Shown here one piece after another: positions 10,833 to 25,800 of a DNA stretch of 64,000 nt. Within the stretch, counting starts at the first letter, position 1. Every line of letters starts with the position of its first letter. The notes beneath the pieces are model-generated. The model was not told the origin of the DNA, did not search any database, and was given only the letters and a program-made list of their open reading frames with translations. Location: the IMG/VR virus record IMGVR_UViG_3300023174_000038, positions 124,001 through 188,000 of that record; one strand, written 5' to 3'. Made by a program: the position numbers and the translations under genes.

Positions 10833-13800
10833 ATGGCAATTACAAAGTTACAACCGTTCAACCTAGATACAACTGCTAATTACACCTTTGCCAATATTAC
10901 CGCAACTAATGCTAATTTAGGCAATGCGGCTACTGCTAATTATTTCATTGGATCTGGCAATAATCTAAGTAATATTCAAGGTGCAAACGTTACAGGTGCT
11001 GTATCTAGTGCTACCACTTCCGGTACGGTAACAACTGCCGCCCAACCAAATATCACTAGTGTTGGGACATTATCTGGTGTAATAAGCACCGGAAATGTTA
11101 ATTTAACTAGTGCAAGTAACGTAGCATTGGGTCCTGTAGCTAATGTACATATCACCGGTGGTACTACAGGACAATATTTACAAACAGATGGATCAGGAAA
11201 TCTTTCATGGTCTACTGTCAGTAGTGGTGCCGCAAGTAATATCAGCAATGGAAACAGTAATGTAAATATTCCTTCAGCAAATGGCAACATCAATTTAACC
11301 GCTGTTGGTAATACAACTATGGTAATTACTGGTACTGGTGTTAATGTAGCCGGTACATTAAATGTTACAGGTAATACTACTGTAGGTAACTTAGTTACTA
11401 GTGGATCAGGTGGTACATTATCTAATATTAACGTTGTTTCTGCTAATACATTTACTGCATCAGGTAACATAACATCCGGTAATGCTAACTTAGGTAATAG
11501 TGTAACTGCTAACTACTTTACCGGTAACTTCTATGGAACAGCTAATTTAGCTACATATGCAACTACCGCTAATAGTGTTGCTGGCGGAAACGTTTCTGGA
11601 CAAGTAGCTAATGCATTGATATCAGGTACAGTATATACAAATGCACAACCCAATATCACATCAGTTGGTACACTAAGTAGTTTAGCAGTAACAGCTAATA
11701 TAACATCTGGAAACGCTAACTTAGGTAATAATGTAACAGCTAATTATTTTACTGGTAATGGTAGTCTGTTAACCGGTATTACAACGTCCGGCTTATCAAA
11801 TGGTAATAGTAATGTAAATATACCGGCTGCTAATGGTAATGTTAATATTAGTGCAGTTGGAAACGCCAACATATTAGTAGTAACTGGTACTGGTGTTAAT
11901 GTAGCCGGCACACTAAATGTAACTGGAAATGCTACAGTTGGTAATATCGTCACATCAGGTAGTGGCGGTAATGTATCTAATGTTAATGTTATATCAGCTA
12001 ATACATTTATTGCTAGTGGAAATATCACTGCTGGCAATGTTGTAACATCTGGTTCAGGTGGCAATATTAGTAATGCCAATGTTATTTCAGCTAATACATT
12101 TACTGCATCAGGTAATATAACTTCAGCCAATGCTAATTTAGGTAATGCAGTAATTGCTAATTTCTTTATAGGAAGTGGCAACAACTTAAGCAATATACAG
12201 GCTGCTAATGTATCCGGTCAAGTAAGTAATAGTTTGATATCTGGTACAGTATATACAAATGCACAACCAAACATTACATCAGTTGGAAGTCTAACTGGTT
12301 TAACTGTAAGCAATGCAACCGGCGTAGTTAATTTTACTACGACCGCTAACGTCACTTTAGGTGCTGTAGCTAATTTGCACATCAGTGGTGGTACTAGTGG
12401 GCAATACTTATCTACTGATGGATCAGGTACTCTTTCATGGGCTACAGTAAGCTCAGGTGCATCAAGTAATATCAGCAATGGAAATAGTAATGTAAATATT
12501 CCATCAGCTAATGGCAATGTTAATATCAGTGCAGTAGGTAACGCTAACATATTAGTAGTTACTGGTACAGGCGTTAATGTAGCCGGTACACTAAACGCTA
12601 CAGGAAATGCGTCATTAGGTAATTTAGTTACAACTGGTTCAGGTGGTAATATTAGTAATGCCAACGTTGTATCAGCTAATACATTTATTGCTAGTGGAAA
12701 TATCACTGCTGGCAATGTTGTAACATCTGGTTCAGGTGGTAATATTAGTAATGCAAACGTTATTAGTGCAAATACATTTACTGCATCTGGTAATATCACT
12801 AGTGGTAATGCTAACTTAGGTAATAGTGCAGTAGCTAATTATTTCACTGGTAATCTTTACGGGACAGCTAACTTAGCTACATATGCTACAACTGCAAATG
12901 CAGTAGCCGGTGGTAACGTTTCTGGTCAAGTGGCTAATGCATTAATATCGGGTACTGTGTATACAAATGCACAACCAAATATAACAAGTGTTGGTACATT
13001 GAGTAGTCTAGCAGTAACAGCTAATATTACTTCTGGTAATGCTAATTTAGGTAATTTAGTAACTGCAAATTACTTTACAGGAAATGGTAGTCTATTAACT
13101 GGTATTACAGTTAGTGCTGGTAATTCAATTGTAAATGGTAACAGTAATGTAAGTATACCGGCCGCAAATGGCAATGTTAATATATCGGCAGTTGGTAATG
13201 CCAATATTGTTGTAGTCACTGGCACGGGTGCTAACATCTCTGGTACACTAAACATTTCAGGTAACACGACTGTAAGTAACTTAATATCATCTGGATCAGG
13301 CGGTAATATTAGTAATGCAAACGTTGTATCAGCTAATACGTTTACAGCATCAGGTAACATAACTGCAGGTAATATCACAACTGGTGCAGGATCTGGCGGC
13401 AACATTACTGGTGCAAATGTAATATCAGCTAATACTTTTACTGCATCTGGTAATATTACAGGAGCTAATGCTAACTTAGGTAATAGTGTAACAGCCAATT
13501 ACTTCATTGGTAACTTCTATGGAACTGCCAACTCAGCAACCACTGCAGGTACAGTTACAACTGCGGCACAACCAAATATTACAAGTGTTGGTACATTAAC
13601 TGGAATAACAAGTACAGGCACTGTCAATTTAACTAGTGCAAGTAACGTATCATTAGGACCAGTCGGTAATGTAAAAATCACAGGTGGTACTACTGGTCAA
13701 TACTTATCAACAGATGGATCAGGAAATCTATCTTGGTCTACTGTTAGTAGTGGTTCATCAAGCAATATAAGTAATGGCAATAGTAATGTAAATATACCAT

Positions 13801-16800
13801 CAGCAAATGGCAATATCAACTTAACTGCAGTTGGAAATACAACTATGGTTGTTACTGGAACTGGGGTTAACGTAGCAGGTACATTAAATGTAACCGGTAA
13901 TGCTACAATTGGTAATATCACTACAGGTGCAGGATCTGGCGGCAATATCACTGGTGCTAATGTAATATCAGCTAATACTTTTACTGCATCTGGTAATATA
14001 ACTGGTGGTAACGCCAACTTAGGTAATAACGTATCTGCTAACTACTTCACTGGCAATCTCTATGGCACAGCTAATCTAGCTACATATGCAACAACAGCTA
14101 ACAGTGTAGCCGGTGCTAATGTATCTGGTCAAGTAGCTAATAGTTTAATATCTGGTACAGTATATACAAACGCACAACCAAACATAACTAGTGTCGGTAC
14201 ATTGAGTAGTTTAGCAGTAACAGCTAATATTACTTCCGGTAATGCTAATTTAGGAAATAACGTAACAGCTAACTATTTTACAGGAAATGGTAGTTTATTA
14301 ACTGGTATTACAGTTAGTGCTGGTAATACTATAGTTAATGGGAATAGTAATGTATTAGTATCTGCAAACGGAAACGTAACTACTAGTGTTGCAGGTAATG
14401 CTAATATACTAATTGTAACTGGCACTGGTGTTAATGTAGCCGGTACGTTAAATGTTACAGGTAATGCGACTGTTGGCAACATTGTTACGTCTGGATCAGG
14501 GGGTAACGTATCTAATGTTAATGTTATATCAGCTAACACATTCATTGCATCCGGTAATCTTACAGCAGGTAACATCAATACAACTGGTTCAGGAGGTAAT
14601 ATTGGTAATGCCAATGTCATCTCAGCTAATACATTTACTGCATCCGGCAATATAACAGCAGGCAATGCTAACTTGGGTAATAGTGCAGTAGCTAATTATT
14701 TTACTGGTAACTTTTATGGAACAGCTAACTTAGCAACTTATGCAACTACTGCTAATAGTGTTGCCGGCGGTAATGTATCCGGACAAGTAGCTAATGCATT
14801 GATATCAGGCACTGTATATACAAATGCACAACCAAATATCACTAGTGTTGGAAGTTTAACTGGCTTAACTGTAAGTAACGCATCAGGTGTGGTTAATTTT
14901 ATAACTACTTCCAATGTATCATTGGGTGCTGTAGGCAATGTAAAAATTACAGGTGGTACTACTGGTCAATATTTATCTACTGATGGATCTGGTAATCTCT
15001 CATGGTCTACTGTAAGTAGTGGGTCAACCAGTAACATCAGCAATGGAAATAGTAATGTAAATATACCGGCTGCTAATGGCAATGTAAACATAAGCGCAGT
15101 TGGTAATGCAAACATACTAGTAGTAACAGGCACCGGGGTTAATGTAGCAGGTACATTAAATGTAACCGGTAACGCTACTGTGGGTAATATTGTCACGTCT
15201 GGTTCTGGTGGTAATGTATCTAACGTTAACGTCATATCCGCGAATACATTTATTGCTAGTGGCAACTTAACTGCGGGTAATATCAATACAACAGGTAGTG
15301 GTGGTAACATTGGTAATGCTAACGTTATCTCAGCAAACACATTCACAGCAAGTGGCAACATAACTTCTGCCAATGCTAATTTAGGTAATAGCGCAGTAGC
15401 TAATTACTTTACTGGTAACTTCTATGGAACAGCTAACTTGGCAACATATGCAACTACTGCTAATAGTGTTGCAGGTGCTAACGTTTCTGGACAAGTAGCT
15501 AATGCATTGATATCAGGTACTGTATACACAAATGCACAACCCAATATTACAAGTGTTGGCACCTTAACAGGTATAACAAGTACCGGTACTGCTAATTTAA
15601 CCGGTGCAAGTAACGTAGCATTAGGTCCAGTTGCCAATGTACATATTACCGGAGGTACATCAGGTCAATATCTATCAACAGATGGATCTGGTACATTATC
15701 ATGGTCTACTGTAAGTTCTGGCGCCGCAAGTAATATCAGCAACGGAAATAGTAATGTAAACATACCAGCCGCAAATGGAAATGTTAATATTAGTGCAGTG
15801 GGCAACGCCAACATATTAGTTGTAACAGGCACTGGTGTTAACGTAGCCGGCACATTAAATACAACAGGTAATACTACAGTTGGTAATCTATTCAGTAGTG
15901 GTAGTGGTGGTAACATATCCAACGTTAATGTTATATCAGCTAACACCTTTACTGCTAGTGGTAATATAACAGCAGGTAATGTGGTAACATCTGGCTCTGG
16001 TGGTAACATTAGCAACGCAAACGTTATATCAGCTAATACATTTACCGCATCCGGTAACATCACATCTTCTAATGCTAATTTAGGTAATGCAGCCACAGCT
16101 AATTTCTTTATTGGATCTGGTAACAACTTAAGTAACATACAAGCCGCCAATATATCCGGACAAGTAGCTAATAGTTTAATAGCCGGGACAGTCTATACAA
16201 ATGCACAACCTAACATAACAAGTGTTGGTTCATTGACTGGCTTAACAGTAAGTAATGCAACAGGTGTTGTAAATCTTACAACTACTGCAAACGTAACTCT
16301 CGGAGCCGTAGCTAATTTACATATTAGTGGTGGTACCTCAGGTCAATACTTATCAACGGATGGATCTGGTACATTATCTTGGTCTACAGTTTCTAGCGGC
16401 TCAACAAGTAATATCAGCAATGGAAATAGTAATGTAAATATACCAGCTGCAAATGGTAACGTTAATATATCTAGTGCTGGTAATGCAAACATATTAATTG
16501 TAACTGGCACTGGCGTTAATGTAGCAGGAACATTAAACACAACAGGTAATACAACTGTTGGTAATCTATTCAGTAGTGGTAGTGGTGGTAACATTAGCAA
16601 TGTCAATGTTATATCAGCTAACACCTTTACTGCAAGCGGTAACATAACTGCTGGCAATGTTGTAACATCTGGTTCAGGTGGTAATATTAGTAATGCAAAC
16701 GTTATTAGTGCAAATACATTTAGTGCATCTGGTAACATTACTTCGGGTAATGCTAACTTAGGTAATAGCGCAATTGCTAACTACTTCACTGGTAACTTCT

Positions 16801-19800
16801 ATGGAACAGCTAATCTAGCTACCTATGCCACTACTGCAAATGCGGTAGCAGGAGCTAATGTTTCTGGACAAGTGGCTAATGCATTAGTTGCGGGAACAGT
16901 TTATACAAACGCACAACCAAATATAACTTCAGTTGGTAGTTTAACTGGCTTAACAGTAAGCAATGCAACTGGGGTGGTTAATTTAACAACTACAGCAAAC
17001 GTAACTCTTGGTGCTGTAGCTAACTTACACATCAGTGGTGGTACTAGTGGTCAATATCTATCAACTGATGGATCTGGCACATTAACCTGGTCTACAGTAA
17101 GTGCAGGAGCCGCAAGTAACATCAGTAATGGCAATAGTAATGTAAACATACCAGCCGCAAATGGTAACGTTAATATATCTAGTGCCGGTAATGCTAATAT
17201 TGTAGTAGTTACCGGTACTGGAGCAAATATAACCGGCACACTAAATGTAACTGGCAATGCAACAGTTGGTAATATAGTAACTAGTGGTTCAGGTGGTAAT
17301 GTATCTAATGTTAACGTTATATCTGCAAACACTTTTATTGCATCTGGTAATCTTACTGCAGGAAACATCAGTACAACAGGCAGTGGTGGCAACATTGGTA
17401 ATGCTAATGTTATATCAGCTAATACATTCACTGCATCCGGTAATATCACATCTGCTAATGCTAATTTAGGTAATAGTGTTGTAGCTAATTACTTTACTGG
17501 TAACTTCTATGGAACGTCAAACTTAGCTACATATGCTACAACTGCAAATGCAGTAGCCGGAGGCAATGTCTCTGGTCAAGTAGCTAATGCACTAGTAGCC
17601 GGTACAGTGTATACAAATGCACAACCAAACATAACTTCAGTTGGTTCATTAACCGGCTTAACTGTAAGCAACGCAACCGGTGTAGTTAATCTAACTACGA
17701 CAGCTAATGTAACGTTAGGAGCCGTGGCTAACTTGCACATATCAGGCGGTACATCAGGTCAATATCTATCAACTGATGGATCTGGCACATTAACTTGGTC
17801 TACGGTAAGTGCAGGAGCTGCGAGTAACATTGCAAATGGCAATAGTAATGTAAATATACCAGCCGCAAATGGTAATGTTAACATCAGTGCTGTAGGTAAT
17901 GCTAACGTATTAGTTGTAACAGGTACGGGAGTCAACGTAGCGGGTACATTGAATGTGTCAGGTAATACAACGGTAAGTAATTTGATATCATCAGGCGCCG
18001 GAGGTAATATTAGTAATGCTAATGTCATTAGTGCTAACACATTTAGTGCTACTGGTAATATCACGGTAGGTAATTTAGTAACTAGTGGTAGTGGTGGTAA
18101 TATTACAGGTGGTAATGTTATTAGTGCTAATACATTAACTGCTAGCGGTAATATTACAGCCGCTAATGCAAACTTAGGCAACAGTGTTGTAGCTAATTAC
18201 TTTACTGGTAATTTCTATGGAACAGCTAATACTGCAACAACAGCCGGTACTGTAACTACTGCGGCACAACCAAATATCACATCAGTTGGAAGTTTAACTG
18301 GCTTAACAGTAAGCAATGCAACTGGGGTGGTTAATTTAACAACTACAGCTAATGTCACTTTAGGTGCAGTAGGTAACTTACACATCAGTGGTGGTACATC
18401 AGGTCAATATTTACAAACAGATGGCTCTGGTACATTAACTTGGGCTACTGTAAGTTCCGGATCAACTAGTAACATCAGTAATGGAAATAGTAATGTAAAC
18501 ATCCCAACTGCAAATGGTAATGTTAACATTAGTGCTGTTGGTAATGCAAATATATTAGTTGTGACCGGTACGGGAGTTAATGTAACAGGTACATTGAACA
18601 CAACAGGTAACACGACTGTCGGTAATCTATTCAGTAGTGGATCCGGTGGTAACATATCTAATGTCAACGTTATATCAGCTAATACATTTACTGCATCCGG
18701 TAACATCACATCTGCTAATGCTAACTTGGGTAATAGTGCAGTAGCTAATTATTTCACTGGTAACTTTTATGGAACAGCTAACTTAGCAACTTATGCAACT
18801 ACTGCAAATGCGGTAGCAGGTGGTAATGTATCTGGACAAGTAGCTAATGCATTAGTCTCAGGTACTGTATATACAAATGCACAACCTAATATCACTAGCG
18901 TAGGTAGCTTAACTGGTCTAACTGTAAGTAATGCAACAGGTGTAGTTAATTTCACTACTACTGCAAATGTAACATTGGGTGCAGTAGCTAATTTACATAT
19001 AGCAGGTGGTACTAATGGACAATACTTATCAACAGATGGATCTGGAACATTAACATGGTCTACTGTCAGTTCTGGATCTACTAGTAACATCAGTAACGGA
19101 AACAGTAATGTAAATATCCCAGCTGCAAATGGTAATGTTAACATCAGTGCTGTAGGTAATGCTAACATATTAGTTGTAACTGGTACAGGGGTTAACGTAG
19201 CAGGTACACTAAACGTTTCAGGCAATACTACTGTAAGTAATTTAATATCATCGGGCACTGGTGGAAATATTAGTAATGCAAATGTCATTAGTGCTAACAC
19301 ATTTAGTGCTACTGGTAATATAACAGTAGGTAATTTAGTAACTAGTGGTAGCGGTGGCAATATAACTGGTGGTAACGTTGTATCTGCAAACACACTAATC
19401 GCTAGCGGCAACATTACAGCCGCTAATGCTAACTTAGGTAATAGCGTAGTAGCTAATTACTTTACTGGTAACTTCTATGGAACTGCTAATTCAGCAACTA
19501 CTGCTAGCACGGTCACAACTGCGGCACAACCAAATATCACATCAGTTGGTACATTATCTGGCGTAACAAGTACAGGAACAGTTAATTTAACTGGTGCTAG
19601 TAATGTATCATTGGGACCAGTCGGTAATGTAAAAATTACAGGTGGTACCAATGGTCAATATCTACAAACAGATGGCTCTGGTACATTAACATGGGCTACA
19701 GTCAGTAGTGGTTCATCAAGTAACATCAGTAACGGAAACAGTAATGTAAATATTCCATCAGCTAATGGCAATATCAATCTAACTGCAGTTGGTAATACAA

Positions 19801-22800
19801 CTATGGTAATTACTGGTACTGGTGTTAATGTAGCCGGTACATTAAACACTTCAGGTAATACTACAGTTGGTAATCTATTCAGTAGCGGATCTGGTGGTAA
19901 TATTAGTAATGTTAATGTCATATCAGCTAATACATTTACTGCATCCGGTAATATTACATCAGGTAACGCTAATTTAGGTAATAGTGTAGTAGCTAATTAC
20001 TTCACTGGTAACTTCTATGGAACAGCCAATCTAGCAACTTATGCAACTACTGCTAATGCGGTAGCCGGTGGTAATGTTTCAGGACAAGTAGCTAATGCAT
20101 TGATAGCAGGTACAGTATATACAAATGCACAACCAAATATCACAAGTGTTGGTAGCTTAACTGGATTAACAGTTAGTAATGCAACCGGTGTAGTAAACTT
20201 TACAACTACGGCTAATGTAACTCTCGGAGCTGTGGCAAATCTACACATAGCAGGTGGTACTAATGGTCAATACTTGTCAACAGATGGTTCTGGTACATTA
20301 ACATGGTCTACGGTTAGTAGTGGTTCATCAAGTAATGTCAGTAATGGCAATAGTAACGTAAACATACCGGCAGCTAATGGCAACGTTAACATTAGTGCTG
20401 TAGGTAATGCAAATATTGTAGTTGTAACTGGCACTGGAGTTAATGTAGCCGGTACACTAAACGTTTCAGGTAATACAACTGTTGCTAATTTGGCTACAAC
20501 TGGCACTGGTGGCAATATATCTAATGTTAATGTTATATCAGCTAATACATTTACTGCTAGTGGTAATATCACTGCCGGTAATGCTAATTTGGGTAATGCA
20601 GTAATCGCTAATTTCTTCATTGGTTCAGGTGCTAATTTAACAAGTTTAACCGGTGCTAATGTATCTGGACAAGTAGCCAATAGCTTAATAGCTGGCACAG
20701 TTTATACAAACGCACAACCAAATATTACAAGTGTTGGTACACTAACCGGAATAACAAGTACCGGAACAGTCAATTTAACTGGTGCTAGTAATGTATCATT
20801 AGGTCCTGTAGGTAATGTAAAAATCACAGGTGGTACTAATGGTCAATATCTATCTACTGATGGATCAGGAAATCTATCTTGGTCTACCGTTGCAGGTGGT
20901 TCATCAAGCAACATAAGTAATGGAAACAGCAACGTAAACATACCGGCAGCTAATGGTAACGTTAACATTAGTGCTGTGGGTAATGCAAACATATTAGTTG
21001 TAACAGGCACCGGTGTTAATGTAGCCGGCACATTAAATGTTTCAGGCAACACCACTGTTGCTAATTTGGCTACAACTGGCACCGGTGGTAATATCAGTAA
21101 CGTAAATGTAGTTTCAGCTAATACATTCACTGCTAGCGGCAATATAACTGGCGGTAATTTAGTAACCAGTGGTGGTAATATTACAGGTGGTAATGTCGTT
21201 TCAGCTAATACGTTAATTGCTAGTGGTAATATTACATCAGGTAATGCTAACTTAGGTAATTTAGTTACAGCTAACTTCTTTAGTGGTAATGGCAGTTTAT
21301 TAACTGGTATTACCGTTAGTGCAGGCAATTCAATTGTAAATGGCAACAGTAATGTAGTAGTATTTGCAAATGGTAATGTAACGACTAGTGTTGCAGGCAA
21401 CGCAAACATTTTAATTGTAACTGGCACCGGAGTTAACGTCTCTGGTACATTGAATGTTACAGGTAATACTACTGTAGGTAACTTAGTTACTAGTGGATCA
21501 GGTGGTACATTATCTAATATTAACGTTGTATCAGCTAATACTTTTACTGCATCTGGTAATATTACAGGAGCTAATGCTAACTTAGGTAATAGTGTAATTG
21601 CTAATTACTTCACGGGTAATTTTTACGGAACTGCCAACTCAGCAACAACTGCAGGTACAGTTACAACTGCGGCACAACCAAATATTACATCAGTTGGTAC
21701 ATTAACTGGTGTAACAAGTACAGGCACTGTCAATTTAACTGGTGCTAGTAATGTATCATTGGGCCCAGTAGCTAATGTACATATTACAGGTGGTACTAAT
21801 GGTCAATATCTATCTACTGACGGGTCTGGTACATTATCTTGGTCTACCGTCAGTTCAGGCGCCGCAAGTAATATTGCAAATGGCAATAGTAATGTAAACA
21901 TACCATCAGCTAATGGCAATGTTAATATCAGTGCAGTTGGTAATGCCAATGTTGTAGTAGTCACTGGCACAGGAGCTAACATTGCTGGTACACTAAATGC
22001 TACAGGTAATATTATTGCCGGTGGAGGGACCGGTGGTAGTATAACTGGTGCTAACTCAATTAGTGCTAATTACTTTATTGGTACCTTATATGGAACAGCT
22101 AACTTAGCAACTTATGCAACAACAGCTAATAGTGTAGCTGGTGGTAATGTCTCCGGACAAGTAGCTAACGCATTAGTCTCAGGTACTGTCTATACAAATG
22201 CACAGCCAAACATCACATCAGTTGGATCATTAACTGGATTAACAGTAAGCAATGCAACAGGAATTGTTAATTTCACAACTACCGCAAACGTAACTCTTGG
22301 TGCTGTAGCTAACTTACATATAGCAGGTGGTACTAATGGTCAATATCTGTCTACTGATGGATCAGGAAATCTATCTTGGTCTACAGTTAGTAGTGGTTCA
22401 TCAAGTAATGTCAGTAATGGAAATAGTAATGTAAACATCCCGACAGCTAACGGTAATATTAACTTAACTGCAGTTGGTAATACAACTATGGTGGTAACTG
22501 GCACTGGTGTTAATGTAGCCGGTACATTAAATGTTACAGGTAATACTACTGTAGGTAACTTAGTTACTAGTGGATCAGGTGGTACATTATCTAATATTAA
22601 CGTTGTTTCTGCTAATACATTTACTGCATCAGGTAACATAACATCCGGTAATGCTAACTTAGGTAATAGTGTAACTGCTAATTATTTTATTGGATCCGGT
22701 AATAACTTAAGTAACATACAAGCCGCTAATGTATCTGGACAAGTAGCCAACGCATTAGTCTCAGGTACTGTCTATACAAATGCACAACCAAATATAACAA

Positions 22801-25800
22801 GTGTCGGTTCACTAACTGGGTTAACTGTAAGCAATGCAACAGGTGTAGTTGATTTTACAACTACAGCTAATGTCACATTAGGAGCAGTTGCTAACGTACA
22901 TATCAGTGGTGGCACTAATGGATATGTATTAAGTACAAATGGATCAGGCGCATTAAGTTGGGTAGCTCAATCGGGTGGAGGTGGTGGTAGTAATATCAGT
23001 AATGGAAACAGTAATGTTAACATACCGGCTGCTAATGGAAACGTTAACATAAGTGCAGTTGGTAATGCTAATGTAGTAGTAATTACTGGTACTGGAGCAA
23101 ATATCACCGGTACAGCAAATATTACCGGTAATCTAAGTGCAGGTAATATCATTGCTGGTTCAGGTTCAGGTGGTAACATATCTAATGCAAATGTTATTTC
23201 AGCTAATACATTCACCGCTACTGGTAATATAACTAGTGGTAATGCTAATTTGGGTAATAGTGTAACTGCTAATTACTTCACTGGTAACTTCTATGGTACA
23301 GCTAACTTAGCTACATACGCAACTACTGCTAATAGTGTTGCCGGTGCTAATGTATCTGGACAAGTAGCTAATAGTTTAATAGCCGGCACAGTATATACAA
23401 ATGCACAACCAAACATAACATCAGTTGGTACATTAACCGGTATAACAAGTACCGGAACAGTTAATTTAACTGGTGCAAGTAACGTATCATTGGGACCTGT
23501 AGGTAATGTAAAAATTACAGGTGGTACTAATGGGCAATATCTATCTACTGATGGATCAGGAAATCTATCTTGGTCTACTGTAGCAAGCGGTTCATCAAGT
23601 AATATCAGTAATGGAAACAGTAATGTAAATATACCAGCCGCTAATGGCAATATTAATCTAACTGCAGTTGGTAATACAACTATGGTTATTACTGGCACAG
23701 GGGTTAATATAGCAGGGACATTAAACACTTCAGGTAATATTACATCAGGTAATGCTAATTTAGGTAACAGTGTAACTGCTAATTACTTCACTGGTAACTT
23801 CTATGGAACAGCTAACTTAGCAACTTATGCAACAACAGCTAATAGTGTAGCTGGTGGTAATGTCTCCGGACAAGTAGCTAACGCATTAGTCTCAGGTACT
23901 GTCTATACAAATGATCAACCAAATATCACTAGTGTTGGATCATTAACTGGTTTAACTGTAAGCAACGCCTCAGGTGTAGTTAATTTCACTACTACTGCAA
24001 ATGTAACACTAGGTGCAGTTACTAACGTACATATCAGTGGTGGCACTAATGGTTATGTATTAAGTACAGATGGATCAGGAACATTAAGTTGGGTAGCCCA
24101 ATCAGGTGGAGGTGGAGGCGGTAGTAATATCAGTAATGGAAACAGTAATGTAAACATACCAGCCGCTAATGGAAACGTTAACATATCAGCAGTTGGTAAT
24201 GCTAATGTAGTAGTAATTACTGGTACCGGGGCAAACATCACTGGTACAGCAAATATTACCGGTAATCTAAGTGCAGGTAATATCATTGCTGGTTCAGGTT
24301 CAGGTGGTAATATATCTAATGCAAACGTTATCTCAGCTAATACATTTACTGCATCTGGTAATATCACATCCGGTAATGCTAACTTGGGTAATAGTGCAAC
24401 TGCTAATTATTTTACTGGTAACTTTTATGGAACAGCTAACTTAGCAACTTATGCCACTACAGCTAATAGTGTTGCAGGAGCTAATGTATCTGGACAAGTA
24501 GCTAATGCATTGATATCAGGCACCGTATATACAAATGCACAACCCAATATCACATCAGTTGGTACACTAAGTAGTTTAGCAGTAACAGCTAATATCACAT
24601 CCGGTAATGCTAACTTGGGTAATAGTGCAGTAGCTAATTATTTTACTGGTAACTTTTATGGAACAGCTAACTTAGCAACTTATGCCACTACAGCTAATAG
24701 TGTTGCAGGTGCTAATGTATCTGGACAAGTAGCTAATAGTTTAATAGCCGGCACAGTATATACAAATGCACAACCTAATATCACTAGCGTAGGTAGCTTA
24801 ACTGGTCTAACTGTAAGCAACGCAACCGGTGTAGTTAATTTCACTACTACTGCAAATGTAACATTAGGTGCAGTTGGAAATCTACATATTTCTGGTGGTA
24901 CAAGTGCATATGTGTTAAGCACTGATGGTGCTGGTAATTTAAGTTGGGTAGCTCAAACAGGAGGTGGAGGCGGCAGTAATATCAGTAATGGAAACAGTAA
25001 TGTAAACATACCGTCTGCTAATGGAAACATTAATTTAACCGCAGTTGGCAATACAACTATGGTAATTACTGGTACTGGTGCAAACATAGCCGGTACAGCA
25101 AACATAACTGGTAATTTAAGTGCAGGAAATATCATTGCTGGTTCAGGATCAGGTGGTAATATATCTAATGCAAATGTTATCTCAGCTAACACATTTACTG
25201 CATCCGGCAACATAACTGCAGGTAATTTATCTATAACTGGTCTATCTAATTTAGGTGCAGTAGGTAATGTTGTCATTACAGGCGGAACCAATGGTTATGT
25301 GTTAAGTACAAATGGCTCAGGTGGATTAAGTTGGATTGCATCTGGTGGCGGTGGAGCCAATATTAGTAACGGCACAAGTAATATTAATATTGCGGCATCA
25401 GGTGGTAACATCACAATGGGTGTTGGTGGAACAGCAAATGTAGTAGTTGTTAGTACTACTGGCATTTCAGCTGCCATACAACCTAGAGTTGTAACTATTG
25501 CAGACGGAACATCAATTAGTATAAATGCTGATACTACTGATATGGCTATTCAAACAAATACACAAGCGGCCGGTACATTAACTATTAATGCACCATCAGG
25601 GACCTTATATCAAGGTCAAAAAATTATGTTAAGATTGCAATCTACTAATGTACAAACGTTCAGTTGGAATGCAGTGTTTAATAGTTCAACAGATTTAAAT
25701 TTACCTACAACATCATCCGGAAGTAGTAAATATGATTATATAGGATTTATATATAATTCAACTCAATCAAAATGGAATATAATTGCCAAAAACTTTGGCT

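Noticed and set aside
138-25477. Dozens of minus-strand ORFs (MLPDAVNVLAEIT...) over the fibre genes
   Set aside because: Antisense shadows of the repetitive + strand codons; no RBS or promoters, and they repeat with the fibre period.
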